This document shows positions 50,701 through 62,700 of a DNA stretch of 64,000 bases, piece after piece. The stretch lies in contig NC_073404.1 of the NCBI RefSeq assembly GCF_028641065.1, positions 14,322,001-14,386,000 on the forward strand, given 5' to 3'. Numbering within the stretch: the stretch's first letter is position 1; every line of letters starts with the position of its first letter. The notes under the pieces are model-generated. The model was not told the origin of the DNA and made no database searches. It worked only from the letters and a program-made list of their open reading frames with translations. The translations under genes and the position numbers were made by a program. The DNA comes from Leucoraja erinacea (Eukaryota).

Positions 50701-53700
50701 ACCAGAGCTCCACACAATAATTTAATCACAAACAACTTGTAACATAACACCTTGGCTTCTGTACTCAATGCCCTGACTGTTGAAGGCAAGCATGCCAAAT
50801 GCCTTGTTCACTGCCCTGTTCACCTATGTTGCCACTTACAGGGAACTATGAACCTGTACTCTTAGGTCACCTTGCTTGACAACACTCTCCAGAGCTCTGC
50901 CATTTACTGGGCAAGTCCTGCCCTGGTTTAACTTACCAAAGTGCCCCACCTCATACTTGTCTAAGTTGAATTTCATCTGACATTCCTTGGACATGATTTA
51001 TTAGATGTGTATAAACCAATAGTTAAACTGCAGTTAGAGTACCACCTCCAGTTTAAATTCCATTTGGAATATTTTAGAGGGCCAAGAAACCAAGAGGACT
51101 ATGTATGCTTCTAATCGTGCAGTATGATTACATAGAAAACATGCACATGAGACTTGTGCTGGAAACTGGAGAATTTTGGTTTAAGGAGGAACTGACTGGG
51201 TTGGGAGTAATTTCTTTGAAGCATTGAGGGGGATGTGGGGTCAAGGAAAGAGCGTTCACAACGCGGCCCTGTTTCCACCAATCTTTCCACCACCACGCAC
51301 AAGAAGCACAAGAAGCGACAAGACAGACACCATTGTATGCCGATGCCGAGAGGTGTGTTCAACTCTGGCTGAACAACTTCTAATCCTGTGTGTGGACTCG
51401 ATAAGAAGAAGAAGGGGGATGCAAGTGAGCTGTGTAAAATTATGAAAGGTTAATGGGTGTTTTCTTTACCAGAGAGATCAGTAACTAAGGACCACGGGTT
51501 TAACGCGACTCACCCGTTGCAGCGGCCCCTACAGCCTGTCTGTCTTTTTTTTATTTTTTGTCTAGTTAAATGTAGTGTTGGTGTTTTTTTAACACTGGTT
51601 TTAAATGTGTAAATGTGGGAGGCGGGGGGGGGAAACTGTTGAAAATCTCTTCCCTGTCCGGGAGACCCGACCTTTTCCCTGGCGGGTCTCCGTTGTCGTT
51701 GGGGCCTAGCACCATGGAGCGGCCTCCAACCTGAACAACCCGAGTGCTCGGGAGACTGCGGAGCTGCGGACTACTCACCATCGTGGGGCTGGCCGGCCTC
51801 GGAGCATGGGGAGCGGTGGTGACTCGCTGCTGCGACTCGACTCCTGGGCTCGGAGGCTCCAGCAACGCAGCTGCAGGTCCGGTGGACCGGGACATCGGGA
51901 GCTCGCGGGTCCGGGTGGAGAGACCGCTGTCCAGAGCTCCCGCAACGCGACTTCTCCAGCCCGTGTCACGGGGTTGGAACGACCCGGAGCGGGGACGTAC
52001 ATCGCCCGGCACAGCTTCATGGCCGTGGGACATTACAGCGCCCGGCGGGGTCTCCAACACTGTGACTTTTAGACCGGGAGTGGGGCCGTAAATCGCCCGG
52101 CACGGCCTAAAATGGCCGTGGGACTTATCATCGCCCGCCTGGAGCTTGGACATCGGGAGAGAAATGGAGAACAGGGGAGAGAAAAGACTTTGCCTTCCAT
52201 CACAGTGGGTTCACTGTGATGGATGTTTGTGTGAATTAAATTGTGTGTATGTCTGTAGGAAATTGTCTTTGTTCGTATGGCTGTGGAAACGGAATTTTGT
52301 TTGAGCCTCACTGAGGCTCAAATGACAATAAATTGTATTGTATTGGAGAAGCTTGTGTGGACCTGAGATCCTGAGAGCGATGCCGTCTGGAGCTATGCTC
52401 GTGATTGGGCCACCCATGGCGGTAAGGTCGAGGGGGAGGTCTCTGACAAAGCACATTCCAACCAAGACCTCAATAGTGGAACAGGCGGAGGACGATGGCC
52501 GACCTTAATGGAGCGCCACAAAGGCAAGGAAGGCGGATGAAAGCTGCAGCAAGAAAGGGTCTCCGGTCATCTTGGGCTCCATGCCACTGGATCCTGACCC
52601 AGATCTGTCGAGAACCGTGGGGTGGCTGTCTGTGCACCAGTCTCCCCATATTAAATAAAGTCACACATAGGTGTCCTCCAATAGCTGGAGACACCCATGG
52701 TCAGCCACGATCGAAGAGGGCCTAAGTAAGACTGGCAGAGAAGCGAAGACCAAATTCTACCTCCTGTACTGTAATCATACGAAAGTGTGGGGTGAGAACA
52801 AGACAATAAAAATTAATAGTTTTTGCAGCTAAACATAGGTTTCCCTCAGTCCAAGCCGCAACGTTCAAAAGTGACTACATTTTAAAACAGCAGTTAGGTA
52901 GTCCTTTTCATGACTGGTAAATGAGTAGACATGGTTAATTTTGCTTTTCAAATGTTATGATTTCAATCATATTCTATGGTTGTGTTGCAACATTGTCTTT
53001 ATTTTAAAATGATGCACATTGATTGTATTTTTTTCCACTTTCTCCTTTACCAGAGATGTGTCGCGAGACTGAAGAACAGCCGAGCAAGGCTGTTAGATAG
53101 GTATAGGCATGTGGGAGATGATCCAGGCTGTAACCTCAGAGAGCCCTTTCTTGTGCAAGAAGTGATGGAAGAAGAATGGATGGCGTTGAAAGCATTGGAT
53201 ACACATTTACCATCATTGTGGAAGAAGGGGAGTTTGGCAGAGGTTTGTTAATTTAAAAATCTTCTAAAATGTTTAGATTATTTTTGGTTTTATTTAGTTG
53301 AGCAATGTGTTCCAAAATCTCATCCCCATATGTAGATAGATCTGATGAAAGGTCAAAAATTGTACTTTTCATTCCACACTTCGGAAGGTAGAATGGTACA
53401 GTTGGCACAGCTAATGCCACACAGCTCCAGAGACCTAGGTTCAATCCTGTCCTCGGGAGTTGTCTGTATGGGGTTTGCTCATTAACCATATTACATAAAT
53501 AACTATTTTGCTCATAATCATTGCAATAAGGGGAAGAAATAGAACAGAACAAATTAATTGTATGTAAATTCTTGAACGGTGTACTTAGTAATTCTTGAAC
53601 AGGGTCTTAGTCTTTTAGTAATCAGCAATCAACACAGTTTGTTCTAAGCTACACTACAGTGTCCAGGGGCAACACAGCTCTCCCATTACTGGTGCTCTAC

Positions 53701-56700
53701 AAGCAGAAAGCTTCTTGTTTAAAAAAAGTTAGGGGCATATCTGAAAGATAGACACAAAAAGCTTTCTATCCTCTCCCCCTTTCATTCATTGTTCTGTATC
53801 TCTCCACATCACTATCTATATTTCTCGTTTTCCTGATCCCTAGCCAGTCTGAAGCAAAGAGCCCAAGATGACCGGAGATGAGCAAGCAAGATAGATCACT
53901 CGACAAAAAAGACGTAGTACGGTCATGGGCAGATTCATGGGTAATTATTGGCCCCATTTCCGTAACCGGCGTCCGTCTCCGCCCCAAAGTTCCCATAGGA
54001 TACTAGTGCAGAGACGGAAGCCGGTTACGGAAACATCCTCGTAAAAATAAAAGTTATTTGGTAAAAATCTTCTCATTTTGAGAATTTAAATTTATTAACA
54101 CCAACTGTTCCCCCGCACGGTTCACGGAAATGGATGGGGGAAAAAGGCCCACGTTCCGTTCCGTTGCGTACTAAACGTAGGCCCATTGCATTTAGCAGGA
54201 GTGATCTAGGAATGGATGACGTTTTCAGGAATAGATGACGTTTTCAGGAATAGATGACGTTTCAGGTCAAGACCCGAAAGGTTCAGTCTGAAGAAGGGTC
54301 TTGACCCGAAACGTCACCCATTCCTTGTCTCAGAAGTGTCACCCATTCCTTCTCTCCAGAGATGCAGAGATTCTTGATCTGAAACGTCACCCATTCCTTC
54401 TCTCCAGAGATGCTGTCCCGCTGAGTTACTCCAGGATTTTCTCTACCTTTGATTTAAACCAGTATCTGCAGTTGTTTCCTATATGATATGCTCAGCAAGT
54501 CAGGCAGCATCTGTAGAAAAATAAACTGATTTATGTTTTGGATTAAGGACACTTTGTCAGAATTTGAAACGAGCGAATATATCTTATTTTTAAATTGTAG
54601 GGAAGATGGTTTGGACATAGGGAGTACCTGGGATTGGTTGAGGCCAAAATGTCATAATCGAGTGCATTTTTTTTTTTTGGTTTTCCATTTATTAGGTAAT
54701 GCGTTTCAAATTTGTGTAAATGATTAAGGTGGACCCAGGGTGCAGATGGGCCCATTTTTGTGTTGAGCAATTTCTGTTTTATTTCAGATTTCCTGCAGTT
54801 GTAGTTTCTAGCTTTGGCAATGTTCAATTATGAATACATTCAGGGCTATTTGAGTGGAGTGGCTCTCAATTAGAACACAAGAGCATAGACAAGTAAAGCA
54901 CAGAAATAGATCTTTTGGCCCACTAAATTCACGCCAACCATACTCATGTATACTAAATCCACTATAATCCCATGTTTTTACTCTCTCTACATCTTCATCA
55001 ACTCTCCCAGGTTTTACCATTCTCCTGTGCACTAGGAGAAATTTACAGTAGCCAATTAACCTATCATTTGGAAAGTGGAAGCAAACCTATGAAGTCACAA
55101 GGAGAATGTGCAAACTTTGCACAGAACTAAAGACAGACTTTTGGCGCTGCGATGCATTGGCTCCTTATTTTGTCCCCATTTATATTTATAGTTAGTTATA
55201 TATAATTAATAGTAATATTTGGGGATTATTGGAATGCGGATGGAATCTGCTGAATTTTCTTTTTGATTTTACGGTGGCATTTAATAACTGATGTGTACAA
55301 TAAATCTTACAAACCACCTCTAGTCCCATTTTATAAATATAATTATGGCATTAAATATTTGTTGCTGAAATGTAGACTTCTTAGCAACTTGAAATATGTT
55401 AAAGTCATATGTATCATGTATTCAAAATCTTGCTGTTCTTGCTAATTTAAGTCCAGTTGTAAACCTGTCACACTTTATTGCAATTTCCTGGAATGTGTAT
55501 TAAATGTTATATATAATGTGTACATTATAGATTTTTGGAATTGTAAATACAGGTGCACAACCTTTTATCCGAAGATCCAAATAACGAAAACCTCCGAATA
55601 GCGACATTTTTTCAGTCCTTGAAAAAAGGTCCTTGAAAACGTTCACCGAGGGCGGCCCGCAGAGGTGACAGCGGAAGAAAGGGGAACTAAAGCCCCATTC
55701 ATAAAAGAGAAGGTGAGGGTATATTGCGCGGGAGGGTTAATAATTGACAATCTGCTGCTGCCTGCCCGCTGAGGTTAAAAAGTTCCCACGGTAGACTCAC
55801 GATACACAGTGTATCGTGAGTCTTGCGTGGGAACTTTTTTAACTCAGCGGGCAGCAGCAAATTGTTGCTCCCTTCAGTTTCACCCCACCTACACCCCTCT
55901 GCTTCCCGGCCATGTGTGTGACCCCTTCCCACCCCTCTCCAGCTCCCCGCGCATTGCACCGGTGCGGGGGCTTTGCACTGTCTTCACGTCGGAGCTAGCG
56001 CCAGTCACCAGAGACGTCAGGACCAACGGGACACCGACCCCCAGGCCCACTGCAAGTACGGAGATCCCAGAGACCCACAGCCAGCAGCAGCCCAGCCCTG
56101 TTCCAATTCCAGAGGAACACGCTCTCCGCTGTCCCCGTAGGGACAGAAGCTGATGGCTCGGGCTGTGACGTCTCCGGCCACCCCCCTGTACAGGAGCTGA
56201 GACTGGGACTGTGGGGTTGTTTGCAGTTGCAGAGGGAGGGGGCAAGGGCGGTACAGTTCCCAGTCTCAGCTCCATTCCAGGGGGGTGACCGGAGACGTCA
56301 GGACCAACGGGACACCGACTGCAAGCACGGAGATCCCATAGACTCACAGCCAGCAGCAACTCTAGCCCAGCCCCGCTCCAACTCCAGAGGAACCCGGGTT
56401 GCGGATGAGGGGGCGCAGCTCGGGCTGTGGGCGAACTGCCACTTGTCGCCGTAGCGGCCCATCGGGGAGCGGATTCCTCTGGAGTTGGAGGGACAGGGAG
56501 ACACAGCGGCTTTTGAGATTGGTGGGCAATCACTTCCAAAGTTCTGCCCACACAGTCAGAATACCTCTCCTACACTTGTCTCCCGCACTAAGATCATCTC
56601 GCAGAGAAGGATCCCAGCCTAACCCTCCCTATTCTCTCCTATTCTGCAAGAAAAACCTACATTGAAGACTCAAACTCGCGATCGAGTAACTGCCGGGATC

Positions 56701-59700
56701 GAGGCGCAAACTCGCGACCTTACGGATACGAGCCGAGCACTCTACCACTGAGCCAGCCGTTAAAATCTACGCTAAAAATCTTCCATTCCGAAAACCGAAA
56801 AATTCTGAATTACGAAAAGTGTCTGGTCCCAAGGCTTTCGGATAAAAGGTTGTGCACCTGTACAATGCTTTATAATTCAGAACTTTTATGATGCATTATC
56901 AATTCAGACTATCATATTGGTAATTGCGCAATAATGATGGCATTATAGATAATTGTGCAATAATTTCATGAGCCTGTTACTATAAATCTTTTGGTATAAC
57001 TTTTTAGAATCTTAATTTCATTTAATTATACGGTGTTTTATATCCTCCTGGGCAGTGCATTTTCTTGGTTCTTTGCATTAAGAAATGAACTGACTTCATG
57101 CCATCTTCTATATTATTTTTCTTGAATATTTTTATCTTTCTTGCTGGATTTGATCACCAGGTGCTGAATACACTGGAAAATATAAGTGAATTAGCAGAGC
57201 TTGAGGAAATTGAACAGGAACTCATCAGTGAAGGTAGATGTTAAGATTGTTTAATTGTAGTATGTACCGACAGCAGAACAATGAAATTCTTACTCGTAGA
57301 GGCACAACAGCCTTAAATGTAATACACAGACAATATATGATGAACACAAATTCAATTAATTAATAACCGCAATATGAGTGCAATAAACCAAAAGTCCTAG
57401 GTACAATCTTATAACATGGCTTTCCTTTTGTACGAGAAATTTAACGTATACACTATGATGGTGGTAAAATCCTTTTGAAAATCATTTGTTTTTTATCTGT
57501 GTTTGATTTATTGCATGATTAAATTTCATTCAACAAGTTGTGGTTGAAATCACTTGCACCGGTTTAACCCATATTAAATGAATAATAATAAACTTTTCAA
57601 ATGAAGCTTGGTCAGAATTAAATTAATTTAGTATTAGTACTAAACTGTTTACTGAAGCAGTTGAGTTACCAAGGTAAAATATGCGTAAATTATGCTATTC
57701 CTTATTAAGCAAATTCGGCAGATGAGGCCAAATTGGACGTTAGAAAGTGCATCATTTTCACTCAACCAGTTTGTTTGTATCTTCGATCTTTTTATTTTGA
57801 ATTTGTGGAGTTCTCTCATTGTTAAAGATCTGCAAGGGACTTGTTTGTACAAAATGACATTTATGATTCTAGTCATATTTTGTCCCCTTATAGAACAAGC
57901 CATCATAGAGGAGTATGAGGCCAGTTTGCAATTTGATGATGCATGCTTGAATGCCATTATTGAAGGATTTGACGATCCTAATAGACTTGTATGCCCTGTT
58001 TGTAACAGGTGAGTTTGTTCAAGATAGGCTGTGAATTGCCTTTCTGGGTGGATTCCTGTCGACACGAGAATGCAGATGCTGGAATCTGGAGCAAAAAGGG
58101 CCTTCTAGAGGATCCCGGCAAGTTGAATAGCATCTGTGGAAGGAAATGGCTAGGCAATGTTTTGAACCAAGAACCCTCGTCTGGGTTGAAAGAATAGAAG
58201 GGAGACGGCTAGTATAAAGAGGGAAGTGGAGACAGGGGGAGCAGCAGCTGGCAAGCAATGTATAGTTCAGGTAAGGAGGGGTGAATTGGAAGATGGAGAC
58301 AGGTGCAGGACAGAAAGGTGGGTATGGTAACAGAGGCAGGGAGATAAGAGGAGACGACAAAGGACTGCAGTTAATAAAATCTAATGAGAAAGAAAGGTGA
58401 AACGTGAAACGTAATGGGGAACATGGGAGGCCTTCAGTTCTCGTGCTTTTATTAACCAACTCGTAATACACTAACAGATCCCTGGTGTGGAATAAGATAC
58501 TAAAAGGGACACATTGTAATATGATGAGCCCAGATTTAATTAATTTTTTTAATATTCTGAATGGGTATGGATGAAGAGGGTCCCAACTCAATATGTCACC
58601 TATCAATGTTACCCAGGGTTGCTGCCTGACCTGCTGAGTTACTCTAGCACTTTATCTTTTTAGTGAATCAGCATCTGAAGCTCCTTTCTCTTTTGCTTCT
58701 TGGTCGACAAAAAAGTTGGACTGAAGGTCCTCTTTCTGTATTGTGACTGATCTTTCCTTGCTTCGGTATATGTAAAATTATTTATTGTAACTTTGTTTAC
58801 TAGGTGTTTGTTTAAATTGTATGTTCTGGGGTGTTTATTGGAAGACGCAAAAGTTCTCGCAGCAACTTCGTACATTATTTAATTTGGGGGAAAAGGGCGC
58901 TGTAACACATTCCTTCAGCTAGTTCAAAATGGAGCCCTGGTTAGTGGAGTTTAGGACAGTCATTCATAAATAGAAAGTCAGTTTGATTTTGGAAATGTAT
59001 CCCATCACACGTTTAGGGGAGGATGGATGAGCAAAAAGGTAGGTCATATTTTTACTGTATACAGGTGCACAACCTTTTATCCGAAAGCCTTGGGACCAGA
59101 CACTTTTCGTAATTCAGAATTTGTCGGTCTTCGGAATGGAAATTTTTTTGCGTAGATTTTAATGGCTGGCTCAGTGGTAGAGTGTTCGGCTCATATCCGC
59201 AAGGTCGCGAGTTTGCGCCTTGATCCCGGCAGTTACTTGGTCGCGAGCTTGAGTCTTCAATGTGGTTTTTTTTTTGCAGAATAAATGTTTGTATGAAATG
59301 CAGTGTAGGAGAGGTGTACTGACTGTGTGGGCAGAACTTTGGAAGTGATTGCCCACCAGTCTAAAAAGCCGCTGTGTCTCCCTGTCCCTGGGATAGCAGG
59401 GGGCGATCAAACAGCACAATACCCCCCTCCCCCTCCAACTCCAGAGGAATCCGCTCCCCGATGGGCCGCTACGGCGACAAGTGGCAGTTTGCTCACAGCC
59501 CGAGCTGCGCCACCCCAAGAACACCTTGCACACCATCAGCTTCTGCCCCTACGTTTTCCTCTGGAGTTGGAGCGGGGCTGGGCTGGAGTTGCTGCTGGCT
59601 GTGGGTCTCTGAGATCTCCGTGCTTGCAGTGGGCCTGGGGGTCGCTGTCCCGTTGGTCCTGACGTCTCCGGCCACCCCCCTGGACTGGAGCTGAGACTGG

Positions 59701-62700
59701 GAACTGTACCGCCCTTTCCCCCTCCCTCTGCAACTGCAAACAACCCCACTCTCCTGCAAGGGCGGTACAGTTCCCGGAGGATAGCAGGTGGCCGGAGACG
59801 TCAGGACCAACAGGAACCCGCTCCCTGATGGGCCCCTACGACGCCCCGAGCTGCGCCCCGTCATCCGCAACCCATGTTCCTCTGTAGTTGGAGCGGGGCT
59901 GGGCTGGGCTGCTGTTGGCTGTGGGTCTCTGGGATCTCCGTGCTTGCGGTGGGCCGGGTGGTCGACGTCCAATTGGTCCTGACGTCTCCGGTGACTGCAC
60001 TGACCTGCTGCCATCGCCGACTTGAAGACAGTACAAAGCCCCCGCGCCGGTGCAATGAGCGGGGAGCTGGAGAGGGGAGGGAAGGGGTCACACACATGGC
60101 CGGGGAGCAGAGGGGTGTAGGTGGGGTGAAACTGAAGGGAGCGACAATCTGCTGCTGCCTACACTGTGTATCGTGTCTACCGTGGGAACTTTTAACTCAG
60201 CGGGCAGGCAGCAGCATATTGTCAATTATTAACCCTCCCGCGCAATATACCCTCACCTCTTTTATGGATGGGGATTTAGTTCCCCTTTCTTCGAGGACCG
60301 ACCGGAGGTTCTGCTGTCACCTCTGCGGGCCGCCCTCGGTGAACGTCCTGTCTCCCTGTCCCTGGAATAGTAGGGGGCGATCAAACAGCACAATACCCCC
60401 CTCCAACTTCAGAGGAATCCGCTCCCCGATGGGCCGCTATGGCGACAAGTGGCAGTTCGCCCACAGCCCGAGCTGCGCGACCCAAGAACAAGACGTTATT
60501 CTTGCACACCATCAGCTTCTGCCCATACGGGGAGCGTGTTCTTCTGGAGTTGGAACGGGGCTGGGCTGGAGTTGCTGATCTGGGATCTCCGTGCTTGCAG
60601 TGGGCCTGGGGGTCGGTGTTCCGTTGGTCCTGACGTCTCCGGTGACTGCACTATGCTGCTAGCATCGCGACGTGAAGACAGTACAAAGCCCCCGCGCAAT
60701 GAGCGGGGATCTGAGAGGGGAGGGAAGGGGTCACACACATAGCCGGGAAGCAGAGGGGTGTAGGTGGGGTGAAACTGAAGGGAGCGACAATCTACTGCTG
60801 CCTGCACGCTGAGTTAAAAAGTTACCACGCAAGACTCACGATACACTGTGTATCGTGAGTCTACCGTGGGAACTTTTTAACGCAGCTGGCAGGTAGCAGC
60901 ATATTGTCAATTATTAACCCTCCCGCGCAATATACCCTCATCTTCTCTATTATGAATGGGGATTTAGTTCCCCTTTCTTCGAGGACCGACCGGAGGTTCC
61001 GCTGTCACCTCTGCGGGCCGCCCTCGGTGAACGTTTTCAAGGACCTTCCTTCAAGGACCGAAAAAATGTCGCTATTCGGAGGTTTTCGTTATTTGGATCG
61101 TCGGATAAAAGGTTGTGCACCTGTACTAAGTAATCTAGCAGTACTCTACAATTTATTTCAGCATAAGACAGGAAGGAAATAAAATAACAATTCAACCAAA
61201 GCAATTTTTCTTTTGTAGGAACTATCTGAGTGTTAGCAGTGACTTTATAACTTGCTCGTGTGGAATGTGCATTAATACACAGGTAAGCATCTTGCCAAGA
61301 CCAATCCAATTTTGGTTTCTTTCCTTCATGAGAATAATATCTAGATGAGCTTAATAGACTTGCATTTATTATGGGTCAATACACACAAGCTATTTATCCT
61401 CTATCTATGTATAACACTTTATATGTCCAGAAATTTGCTGCCTGTATTTCCTGAATGAACGCAAACATTCCAATACACATTGAAGAGATTTGAAGTACCG
61501 GTAATCAAGACGGAAATAAATGGAAACTTTTACACATGCAATAGCGCCCTGTTTAGTAAAGAAAACAATTGTAAAAACCTCAAATGGTGCAGATTGGTAT
61601 CACGGTGTAAGTAATGATACATTGCTCAAACTTCCCTTTTGTTTATTGATTCAGGTTTTGACCCAAATCTTTGTCATATGCCTTTTCGCCTCTTGATTGC
61701 TGAATTCTTCAAATATTTTTTTTGTTCCCCCAACGTCTACACTGTCTTCATATCACTGCTCTACTATGAATTCTCTTCAAAGCATGCCAATGTAGATGAC
61801 ATTTAGATGAGATGCCTCATATTGTGTTTTGAATTGAATTCTGTCTAATTTGTGTACTAGTCATGTCTCTACTATTTATTTCATTCTGCTTACATGTTTT
61901 TCCTTTACTTGCTAAATTTTTGTAAGGTGTCCTTGAGACTCTTGAAAGGCACCCATAAATTAAAAATAAATGTATTATTATTTTACCCCATTCTATGATG
62001 AGGCTTTCTCTCTCTCACTGGTCTGCCTTTGATTGTTTCTGCTGTTCTTCTGCTGGATGTAGTCTCAACCCAAATTGCAGCAGGCAACTTTTGCCTCCAT
62101 AGGTGATACTTGTTTGAGTGTTCTGTTTTGTCCCAAATGCCAGCACCTATATCCTCCTCCGTCTCCTGATTCCGATTGATGTGACTGGAACTCATTACCT
62201 TCGTCAATGGTGTGCCATGGTTCAAGAAAAGCAGTAAATCTTATCAAGAGGCAATTAAACCATCGTTGATTGTCCTTGAGATGTTGGCTTCTTGTTGCAC
62301 ATGGTCATTGCTTGGCATTCACGATACAAATTTTAATTACTTTTAAATCCAAACCCAGATATTAACCATGCCATGTAAACATGTGGACGTGGGTTGCTTC
62401 ATTATCTATGTTTAAGCTCAAGGTAAATATGATCTGGTATTTATGGACAGAGGAACTTTGCTACTGTTAACCATGTTATGTGAACCCAGGATAAATTTAG
62501 TGCATTAAGGTGCTTCATGCTTTCATCTGATTGCTTACAGGGGATGACAGTACAGCAATTTCGAGCCTTTCTTGAACACAATGTCACTGAACATAGCAAT
62601 CTATGTGTATGTTGTCCAATCTTCTCTGTAGTAAATGGTGCAGAAGCAGACGCCATGCTTTTAATGAGCTGTCAGGTGAGTGCGATGATTTTCTACATCA

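Noticed and set aside
54210-54270. CRISPR-like short direct repeats
   Set aside because: Vertebrate DNA; about 19-bp tandem copies of a Penelope terminus with no spacers
58019-58606. 195-aa minus-strand ORF
   Set aside because: Low-complexity Penelope-associated purine tract in RPAIN intron 4
59164-59235. Functional tRNA-Met gene
   Set aside because: T arm and acceptor stem are disrupted, the anticodon differs between copies, and it lies inside a transposon
55699-60807. Many overlapping 70-234 aa ORFs
   Set aside because: Products of GC-rich repeat modules inside MITEs; no DDE transposase or other domain motifs
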